Of a DNA stretch of 47,841 nt, positions 40,490 to 47,841 are shown piece after piece (positions within the stretch are counted from its first letter, which is position 1; each line of letters opens with the position of its first letter). Both the position numbers and the translations under genes were made by a program. Source of the stretch: Candidatus Woesearchaeota archaeon (lineage in GTDB: Archaea; Nanobdellota; Nanobdellia; Woesearchaeales; GW2011-AR9); the NCBI GenBank assembly GCA_016185725.1, contig JACPNA010000057.1, positions 1 through 47,841 of the forward strand, in the 5' to 3' direction. The notes under the pieces were generated by a model. It did not search any database, was not told the origin of the DNA, and saw only the letters and a program-made list of their open reading frames with translations.

Positions 40490-40722
40490 TAGTAACTGAT
40501 ACTATTTTTGTACATGGCGCCTGCTGAACCCCTCGAGTTAAGCCCGCAGGCGAAACTTGACGGATGAAAGCAGGAGTAGAGCGCTGTGTAGGATAAAAGA
40601 ACAGCAACGTGCTCAGACAACGCCAATGCACTATTCGGCTTAGCTTCCCCACACGTGACGCCACGAGTTAAGCCCGCAGGCAAAACTCGTGGTAGTTCAC
40701 GTCTTACTTATATCAGTTACTA
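40490..40722 (+). mobile_element. IS200/IS605-like miniature element (about 40520-40700) inside a 12-bp inverted repeat
   Basis: LE-like CCTGCTGAACCC..hairpin..GATGAAAGCAGG; RE-like GCCACGAGTT..AACTCGTGGTAGTTCAC; outer IR TAGTAACTGATA/TATCAGTTACTA. Confidence 0.75.
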
Positions 40723-40767
40723 TTAACAACAAACATTTATAAATATCCTCTCTAAAAAGTATTTAAA

Positions 40768-41547
40768 ATGTTTTACAAACGCCACGGATTGCCTGAAGTC
40801 GATGAAATTGTACTCTGTAAAGTAACCAAACTCTACCCTAACTCTGTTTTCGTTGATCTTCTAGAATACGGCGAATCTGGAATAGTTCACATTTCTGAAG
40901 TATCGCCAGGAAGAATTCGTAACCTGCGTGATTTTGTCAGTATTGATCGCCAAATAGTCTGTAAAGTTCTTCGTGTGGATCTCCAAAATCATCACATTGA
41001 TTTATCTTTAAGAAGAGTAAACACAACACAGCGCCAGCAAAAACTAGAAGAAATCAAACAAGAATTAAAATCTGAACTTCTTATAAAAAACATCAGTAAA
41101 AAACTAAATAAGCCCGTAGAACAACTTTATCAAGAGATATCCAAAAAAGTTTTCAAAGAATATTCTCACCTTTACCTCTGCTTTCATGACGTTATTGATA
41201 ATCCCCATTTATTAGAAAAATTAGGTATAGAAAAAAACCTTGCTAAAGAGCTGGAAGAAGCCATTATTGAAAAGTTTAAACCTAAAAAAATCCTTCTTAA
41301 AGCCCTCATAACTTTACAGACTTATGACCAAAATGGTATTGATAAAATAAAATCTATCTTGCTTGCCATAGAAAAAGTATCCTCTTTCACTACTATCCTT
41401 TTCCTTGGCGGCGGTCGCTACCAGCTTTCTATTGAAGACACCGATTATAAAAAAGCAGAAAAAAAGCTTAAACAAGTTGAAGATTTACTGGAAAAATTCA
41501 ACGATAAATTATCTGTCTCCTCATTAGAACGAGAAAAAACGGAATAA
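40768..41547 (+). CDS. eif2a: Translation initiation factor 2 alpha subunit
   Basis: PEVDEIV S1 domain, HISEVSPGRIRN, IDLSLRRV. Confidence 0.95.
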   Translation: MFYKRHGLPEVDEIVLCKVTKLYPNSVFVDLLEYGESGIVHISEVSPGRIRNLRDFVSIDRQIVCKVLRVDLQNHHIDLSLRRVNTTQRQQKLEEIKQELKSELLIKNISKKLNKPVEQLYQEISKKVFKEYSHLYLCFHDVIDNPHLLEKLGIEKNLAKELEEAIIEKFKPKKILLKALITLQTYDQNGIDKIKSILLAIEKVSSFTTILFLGGGRYQLSIEDTDYKKAEKKLKQVEDLLEKFNDKLSVSSLEREKTE

Positions 41548-41549
41548 AA

Positions 41550-41732
41550 ATGTCTTCAGCCCATATCTACAAATGCTCTTCTTGTCAACATTACACCCTG
41601 GAAAAAACCTGTTTCCAATGCCGTCTTGGAACAATTTTACCAAAACCACCCAAATATTCTCCCGAAGACAAATATGGATCTTACCGTAGAAATATTAAAA
41701 AATTGGAATTAAATCAAAAAGGATTATATTAA
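41550..41732 (+). CDS. nop10: Nop10 (H/ACA RNP protein)
   Basis: KC..C..YTL...C..C, PPKYSPEDKYGSYRR. Confidence 0.93.
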   Translation: MSSAHIYKCSSCQHYTLEKTCFQCRLGTILPKPPKYSPEDKYGSYRRNIKKLELNQKGLY

Positions 41733-41734
41733 AA

Positions 41735-41956
41735 TATGAGTTTTCCAATCTAGATGTGACTAGATGCGACTACGCCACCAGTTAAACTATACACCGGCGG
41801 AAAACTCATGACCAGAAAACCGCTCCGAGCGAAGCGAGCATGCATGAAATTTGAAAATTATCAAATTTCAACACTGAAAGCAAATAGTTTTTTGTTTTCA
41901 TGTGCCACTGTGTTGAGCCCGCAGGCAATCACTCTTGGTGGGCGGTTTTCTTTGAC
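41735..41956 (+). mobile_element. Structured non-autonomous element, copy 4 (222 bp, one nested module, inverted left interior)
   Basis: TAAAA (overlapping the nop10 stop)|TATGAGTTTTCC...GGAAAACTCATG, GAAAACCGC...GCGGTTTTCTTTGAC. Confidence 0.88.
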
Positions 41957-42023
41957 ATAATAAAAAAAATTACAGAAAATGTTTAATATTTTCTTGTTCC
42001 TAACTCAACACTGCGAATTTTCG

Positions 42024-42857
42024 TTATTTAATATCTAAATTTAACAAATCGCCATTAATCACCACTCCTCGTGTGATCCCTTCCAGTAATACTACCTCTT
42101 CTCCACTTTTATCTAAATCAATAGACCCTTTGAACGCCCCGATATTCAGAGCATCTTGCTTCAAAACATAGCTTAACCTTCCGCCTAATTCTAATTTGCC
42201 ATCGCCTTTTGAGAATATCACATCTCTTAATTCCACATTGGCAATGCCCAATTTTTGATAATTAATATTACTAAATGCAATTTTAATGTCTTTATCAGAA
42301 GCTAAAGCCACTCCATTAATCTCTATTTTCTTTGCCTTGCCATTGACAGAAAAACCATTATCTAATTTCATTTCACCGACAAAACCTTGAATATCAAAAC
42401 TAATTTCTCCCTTATTGCTTAACTGTAATTTATCATTATTGACATAAATATCATTATTCAAATCTTGGAATATTAAATTAACTTCTGATAATCTCACTTG
42501 TTTTCTAATTGTAGGAATTTCACTGAACGATAAACTCGTTTCCACCTCTTTTTTTCCTGCACCAAACGTATCTACACTAGAATAAGTTCCCGTACTTTTT
42601 GTATTTTGCTGTTCATCACTATTGCCCCAACTAAGAAAATTACTCTCTACACCATCATCACTATTCGAATCTAAACTATTGGCTTCGACATTATCTTTAA
42701 TCATTCCCTTTATATCCGTTACTGCCGCAGTCCCTAAACCAAAACCGCCTTTGTTATTCAATAACACAACCAAAAAAATTGCTCCTATAACTAACGTTAC
42801 TAACACAATATAAAATCTAAGATGACTTTTCGGCTTATATCCCTGTTGATCGTACAT
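42024..42857 (-). CDS. Hypothetical membrane-anchored beta-rich protein
   Basis: GAGGTG SD, N-terminal TM helix, Ser/Asn-rich linker. Confidence 0.75.
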   Translation of the reverse strand: MYDQQGYKPKSHLRFYIVLVTLVIGAIFLVVLLNNKGGFGLGTAAVTDIKGMIKDNVEANSLDSNSDDGVESNFLSWGNSDEQQNTKSTGTYSSVDTFGAGKKEVETSLSFSEIPTIRKQVRLSEVNLIFQDLNNDIYVNNDKLQLSNKGEISFDIQGFVGEMKLDNGFSVNGKAKKIEINGVALASDKDIKIAFSNINYQKLGIANVELRDVIFSKGDGKLELGGRLSYVLKQDALNIGAFKGSIDLDKSGEEVVLLEGITRGVVINGDLLNLDIK

Positions 42858-42997
42858 AATCACACCTCTCTTTAAACATTAATTTCTTTTAATATTATTT
42901 ACTGTCTTAAATATTAGACGTTAATAAACTTTTTGGTTATTAAATCTCCTCTAAATCCCAAACATTTATAAATAAAACTACAAAACAGAGCGTATTC

Positions 42998-43059
42998 GAG
43001 AGGCGGATTGGTCATAAGCTTATCCGTACTGGAGAAGACGCTAATGCTCATTCTCCCTC
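42998..43059 (+). promoter_or_regulatory. Candidate structured uS15 mRNA leader
   Basis: GC-rich island between the TATA at about 42965 and rps15; stems CGGAT/ATCCG, GGAGAA/TTCTCC and a closing GAG/CTC. Confidence 0.55.
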
Positions 43060-43092
43060 ATAAAATAAACAAATTCGAGGTAAAAAAAAACA

Positions 43093-43545
43093 ATGGCAAG
43101 AATGCACTCCGGTGCTCATGGAAAAAGTGGCAGTAAAACGCCTGTTAAAAGAATTCCTTCCTGGGCCCCTTTTAAAGAAAAAGAAGTAGAAAAATTAATT
43201 GTTAAATACTCCAAAGCTGGTAAAAGTTCTAGCGAGATAGGTATGATTTTGCGTGACAGCTATGGCATTCATAGTATCAAAGCATTAACCGGCAAAAAAT
43301 TATCAGCAATTTTAGAAGAAAATAAAGTTGGCAAAAAATTACCTGACGACTTGATTAGTTTAATCAAAAAAATGATTTTTATTAAACAGCATCTGGAAAA
43401 AAATAATCTAGATGAAACTGCTAACCGCGGTTTAATCTTAACACAATCAAAAATTTTTCGTTTGGTTAATTATTACAAGAAGAAAAAGAAACTTCCTGCA
43501 GATTGGGAATTAGATACAGACAGATTAAAGATTTATATCGAATAA
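43093..43545 (+). CDS. rps15: 30S ribosomal protein S15 (uS15/S13e)
   Basis: MARMHS..HGKSGS, IGMILRDSYGI, LPDDL, RLVNYYK. Confidence 0.97.
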   Translation: MARMHSGAHGKSGSKTPVKRIPSWAPFKEKEVEKLIVKYSKAGKSSSEIGMILRDSYGIHSIKALTGKKLSAILEENKVGKKLPDDLISLIKKMIFIKQHLEKNNLDETANRGLILTQSKIFRLVNYYKKKKKLPADWELDTDRLKIYIE

Positions 43546-43766
43546 ATCTTTGCTTTTTCATTTTAATATTTTTCATTATTTTAACATATACTTTATATTG
43601 TTTATTTAAATATTTAAAAACACCTTCATTTCCTATGCAAAACCTTTAAATATAAGTGACCGCTCGAATAGTTATGTTGGTATCAATAGACAATTAAATT
43701 AATGTTTAATTATAACTATTGGAACTGATTTTTAGGGGTGTGTGGTGAACCATTGGGGGTGTCAAA

Positions 43767-44039
43767 TTGAATAAAAAAAAGGTTATTTTTGACGTGTTTT
43801 TCAGAGAAAAACCAGCGATGATGCTAGTAGAGTTAAAAAATGCCGACTCTGCCGTATACGCATCTGTATTAGCCAAACAAATTGACTGCACATACTCTCA
43901 CGTTGTGAAGATATTGCAGGAAATGCAGAAAGCGGACTTGATCAATTTCAAAAAAGAAGGCCGTTTAAAATTACTTGAGCTGACCAAGAAAGGAAAAGAT
44001 ATAGCTTCTAACATTGAAAGTATACGAACTATGTTATAA
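43767..44039 (+). CDS. Winged-helix (MarR-like) DNA-binding protein
   Basis: GGGGTG SD with TTG start; CTYSHVVKIL, GR...LTKKG. Confidence 0.85.
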   Translation: MNKKKVIFDVFFREKPAMMLVELKNADSAVYASVLAKQIDCTYSHVVKILQEMQKADLINFKKEGRLKLLELTKKGKDIASNIESIRTML

Positions 44040-44063
44040 ACTCCTCTTTGGAGTTATTTTTTT
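44039..44063 (+). terminator. Hairpin plus T-run after the wHTH gene
   Basis: AACTCC-TCTTT-GGAGTT followed by a T tract. Confidence 0.45.
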
Positions 44064-44157
44064 AATTTTTTTAATTGTTTAGTCTACTTTACTGTATACT
44101 TATAAAAAAATTATTATTCTTATTTATAAAAAGCCATATAACTTGTTAAAACTAAAA

Positions 44158-44301
44158 TATGCTTTTTCCACCAGTGTGTTTCACTGGTGGTACACATCCA
44201 CTAACACTTAAAGTGGAAAAAGCATGGTCAGAAAACCGACCAGAACCCGCAGGCGAGCATGCCACCAGTCTATTGACTGGTGGTGGTCGGTTTTCTTTGA
44301 C
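44158..44301 (+). mobile_element. Structured non-autonomous element, copy 5 (144 bp)
   Basis: Near-identical to copies 1 and 3; TAAAA|TATG...TTGAC. Confidence 0.9.
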
Positions 44302-44585
44302 ATTATTGAAATTTTATGGAAAGAATTCTGTTTTGAAAGAGATATAAACTGGTAGTTATAATCTATTAGTTAATTTTTTAATAATGTTTATATTCAGCAG
44401 ATTTAACTGCTTATTATTTTTATTGATATTAGTTTCTCGTTTCGAAATGACTGACCAGAATTTACTTTAGAAAATTCTGGCTGGAAGGAACACTCCTGAA
44501 ACGGCAAGAAAACTTATAGTTTTCGAAGAGTAAAAAAGAACTTGGAGGTGGTGGGAAAATCCAGTTTTCGTAATAAGATAGGCAC

Positions 44586-45668
44586 TTAATAGTAATCGTC
44601 TCGGGGGTCAAATATCTTTTTCCAATGTTCCATATTTGGCTTCTCTTGATATTGAAATTGTTTTATGAATTTTTCTCCAAATTTCTCTATTGTTTTTTCA
44701 ATTTCTTTTAGAGGAGTCCAATCATCACCTGTATATTTTCTTAGTTTTCTAAAGAAATAGAAAGCAATTTCTGCCCCTTTTCTTACTTTGTCTAAATCTG
44801 ACAGAGCATTAATTTTTTTAGTCTGTTGCGAAGAAACTTTATGAAAAATCTCTATCAGCTCATCAATTTTATTAATCTCTATCTCTTTATAATCTAAATA
44901 AATTTTGTAAGCAATTAACTTGTCTCCAATTGAATCTTTTGTAATTGGATGATTTACAAAATTTATCTTCAGGTCTAAATTCTTATAAACTGCACAGATT
45001 TTTACTTTTTGATAAGGTATTTGTAAATCTGGCCAGATTTCTTTTGGGTTTAAGTCATGATAGTCTCGAATTAACAGAATTGCTCCTTCTCCGAATTCCC
45101 CACTAGCATCATAAGGACCATGAAGATAAAATCCGCCAGTCATAAAAATATCATAATACAAGGTATAGCAAAGATTATTAGTCATTACTGTAAAAAAAGC
45201 TATTTTCTTTTTATCTTCATGCGAAAGGGGCTTATTCCAATTAGTCTCTTTTAGGAATTTGGAAACTTCTTTTTCATCAAGAATGAGGTTTTTCCCATCT
45301 AAGCAGAAGATATCATTTTTTACCTTGTGCTTAAGAAGTTCAAACAAAAATAAAGTGTATTTTATCCTATCTTCTACGCTTATATCGGCAATTCCGAGTT
45401 TCTTCGCAACCTTTAATCCGATTATAGCATTATGTTCTAAAAAAATTCGAATTATATCTGCTTGAGGCATTAAGTCTGCTATTTCTTTTATGCTCAATTT
45501 TTCTTTTAGTTTGTTCAGGCGATAGTACATATCTAATGCCTCATCAACATCAAAGTAAGCATCAATCTGTCCGCCATTTAAAGGCCAGAAAGTTTTAGGA
45601 TTAAGTCCGCTAAAACTTTCTTCGATTGCTTGGATAAATCTGTCTAGTTGTTTGCTGTCTTCTTCCAT
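44586..45668 (-). CDS. Hypothetical protein (360 aa)
   Basis: Long clean ORF; HGPY and LIRDYHDLNPKEIWP look like conserved blocks, but no family recognised. Confidence 0.8.
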   Translation of the reverse strand: MEEDSKQLDRFIQAIEESFSGLNPKTFWPLNGGQIDAYFDVDEALDMYYRLNKLKEKLSIKEIADLMPQADIIRIFLEHNAIIGLKVAKKLGIADISVEDRIKYTLFLFELLKHKVKNDIFCLDGKNLILDEKEVSKFLKETNWNKPLSHEDKKKIAFFTVMTNNLCYTLYYDIFMTGGFYLHGPYDASGEFGEGAILLIRDYHDLNPKEIWPDLQIPYQKVKICAVYKNLDLKINFVNHPITKDSIGDKLIAYKIYLDYKEIEINKIDELIEIFHKVSSQQTKKINALSDLDKVRKGAEIAFYFFRKLRKYTGDDWTPLKEIEKTIEKFGEKFIKQFQYQEKPNMEHWKKIFDPRDDYY

Positions 45669-45816
45669 AGTAGAAAGATGATTGGAGTTTTTATTAAGTT
45701 ATCGTTTAAGTGCCTTCTCCACCTTAGGGGAGGGTGACCGGGGGATTTTCCAAATTCTTTTTTATTGAAACTAATATCATATAACCTTTTAAGTCCTTAC
45801 GGTTTTTCCATATAAA

Positions 45817-47733
45817 ATGGCCCCTAAAACCTCGGAAAACATTCAGAAATTCTTTCCTCACACAGTCATTCGTCCTTCCCAATTAAATCTGATGAATGAT
45901 ATAGAAAATTCCGTATTAAACCAAAAAATTATTATAGCCCATGCTCCTACTGGTTTAGGTAAAACCGCTTCTGCTCTCGCTGCCGCCTTGCCCACAGCTG
46001 TAGAAAAAAAGAAAATTATTTTTTTTCTGACCAATCGTCATACACAGCATCATATTGCAATCGAAACCCTTAAAGCGATATCTCAAAAAATAGATCAGAA
46101 CATCATCGTTTCCGATTTAATTGGCAAACGTTGGATGTGTTCTCAGGAAGTAGCTTCTTTATTTGGCAATGAATTCAATGAATATTGTAAAAGTATCGTA
46201 GAAAAAGGTGAATGCGAATTTTACAATAAAGTACGGGACAAAAAATCTCTTACCATTGAAGCCAAGAAGCTTCTCTCTGATATAAAAAAAAGCACACCTA
46301 AACATAATGAAGAATTAATTTCCATCTGCAAACAAGAAGGCATGTGCAGTTATGAATTCTCTCTCGCGTTGGCTAAAGATGCCCAAGTCCTCATTGGTGA
46401 TTATTATTATCTGTTCCACCCCTTCATTCAGAATACAATCCTGGCAAAATTAGAAAAAGAAATAGAAGATATTATTGTTATTGTAGATGAAGGCCATAAT
46501 CTTCCCTCCAGAATTACTGAAATGCTCAGCAGCTCCTTAACGAGCTTTATGATTAAAAATTCTATAATTGAAGCAAAAAAATTCCATTATAATGGTTTAA
46601 TTCTCTGGCTGCAAAATCTAATGACAATCCTAACTACCCTTAGCAATTTCACTTCTCCAGAATATGATAAAGAAAAAAAAATAACCAAATCTGATTTTTT
46701 TGACCTGGTAAATAAAATAATAGATTATGATAATTTAATCAACGAATTAGAAATGGCCGCCGATGAAATTCGTAAAAAACAGCGTCATAGTTATCTTAGC
46801 GGTATTGCTTCTTTTCTAGCATTATGGAACGGCTCAGATGATGGCTATCTCCGTTATATCAGCGAGAAAAATAGTAAATACAGTCCGCAGATAGCGTTGC
46901 ATTATACCTGTTTAGATCCTAGTCTCATAACAAAAGACATTTTCCAACGCGTTCATGCTGGTGTTATTATGAGCGGAACGTTAAAACCAACCTTTATGTA
47001 TAAAGATCTTCTCGGCATAACGAACGGAATTGAAAAAGAATATTCTTCTCCCTTCCCCTTAGAAAACAAATTATCTCTTATTATTCCCGAAACCAGCACA
47101 AAATACAACTTGCGTGGTCAATCTATGTATCAGACCATCGCTGAAAAATGTTCTCAAATTTCACAATTAATTCCCGGAAATATCGCCTTGTTTTTTCCTT
47201 CTTACGATTTAAGAGATAATATTTCTGCATTCATAAAATCCCCCAAAAAACTATTCTGGGAGAAGCCTGACCTATCCAAAGAAGAAAAAGAAGATTTATT
47301 GAACCAATTTAAAGCCTCCAAAACCGCTGGGGCTTTGCTGTTAGGTGTTGCCGGCGCCAATTTTGCAGAAGGTATCGATCTTCCTGGCGACCTCTTAAAC
47401 GGTGTCATTATTGTTGGCTTACCTTTAGCTAAACCCGATTTGATAACGAAAGAAATAATTAATTATTATCAATCAAAATTTCAAAAGGGCTGGGAATACG
47501 GCTATATCTATCCCGCCATGAACAAATGCTTTCAATCTGCCGGTAGATGCATCCGCTCAGAAAAAGATTACGGCGCAGTTATTTATTTAGACGAACGCTT
47601 CACGTGGACTGCCTATTATTCCTGCTTTGATCATGAAGGGCTGATTATATCGAAAGAATATCAAAAATTACTCCTTAAATTCTTTGAGAAATCCGCTCAT
47701 AGCCAATACGCTTTATTTGAGCAAAGATATTGA
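45817..47733 (+). CDS. xpd: XPD/Rad3-family Fe-S DNA helicase
   Basis: RPSQ Q-motif, APTGLGKT, four Cys in the Fe-S region, DEGHNL, SGT, EGID, QSAGRCIRS. Confidence 0.93.
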   Translation: MAPKTSENIQKFFPHTVIRPSQLNLMNDIENSVLNQKIIIAHAPTGLGKTASALAAALPTAVEKKKIIFFLTNRHTQHHIAIETLKAISQKIDQNIIVSDLIGKRWMCSQEVASLFGNEFNEYCKSIVEKGECEFYNKVRDKKSLTIEAKKLLSDIKKSTPKHNEELISICKQEGMCSYEFSLALAKDAQVLIGDYYYLFHPFIQNTILAKLEKEIEDIIVIVDEGHNLPSRITEMLSSSLTSFMIKNSIIEAKKFHYNGLILWLQNLMTILTTLSNFTSPEYDKEKKITKSDFFDLVNKIIDYDNLINELEMAADEIRKKQRHSYLSGIASFLALWNGSDDGYLRYISEKNSKYSPQIALHYTCLDPSLITKDIFQRVHAGVIMSGTLKPTFMYKDLLGITNGIEKEYSSPFPLENKLSLIIPETSTKYNLRGQSMYQTIAEKCSQISQLIPGNIALFFPSYDLRDNISAFIKSPKKLFWEKPDLSKEEKEDLLNQFKASKTAGALLLGVAGANFAEGIDLPGDLLNGVIIVGLPLAKPDLITKEIINYYQSKFQKGWEYGYIYPAMNKCFQSAGRCIRSEKDYGAVIYLDERFTWTAYYSCFDHEGLIISKEYQKLLLKFFEKSAHSQYALFEQRY

Positions 47734-47841
47734 GCATTGGAAGTCTGGAATTAAAAGGATTCATGACGCTTTTAAAGAAGAAAAAGTTAAAGTTGAGTTT
47801 AAGAAACTCAAAAGCGGGTTTTTAGTGATATTTGATAGGAA
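47684..47841 (+). pseudogene. 5'-truncated fragment of an AlbA/RecG-C-terminal (HATPase_c_4-like) protein
   Basis: LRNPLIANTLYLSKDIEHWKSGIKRIHDAFKEEKVKVEFKKLKSGFLVIFDR, overlapping the xpd 3' end in another frame. Confidence 0.65.

Noticed and set aside
704-47408. Many antisense or overlapping ORFs in the track (e.g. 732-1043, 1792-2256, 3470-3796, 19582-19914, 21376-21747, 32724-33056, 15616-15822)
   Set aside because: Shadows of well-supported genes or relics, with no motifs or RBS.

Overview
AT-rich archaeal chromosome segment. Gene content (PAN, psmA, exosome, Pop5, eIF2a, Nop10, RFC-L, XPD, single-OB SSB) and BRE/TATA promoters make it archaeal; the style suggests a DPANN lineage such as Woesearchaeota (inference). 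Most of it is housekeeping: cysS, valS, glyS, split transketolase, trxB, M1 peptidase, r-proteins. There is an accessory tract at about 25.5-30.6 kb and several gene relics. The most notable signal is non-coding: five co-oriented copies of a highly structured, transposase-free element (TAAAA|TATG...TTGAC; 144, 321, 144, 222 and 144 bp). The copies show compensatory stem changes, one has an internally inverted left domain, and two carry nested 60-bp double-hairpin inserts flanked by TG duplications. One copy splits a membrane-protein gene whose frame is restored by precise removal. A related IS200/IS605-like miniature lies between rps27e and eIF2a. The ORF track also misses an 8-Cys 29-aa peptide coupled to trxB, a 14-aa CxxC leader ORF before glutaredoxin, a DUF5679-like protein and a candidate uS15 leader RNA. 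All calls are by eye; no searches were run.
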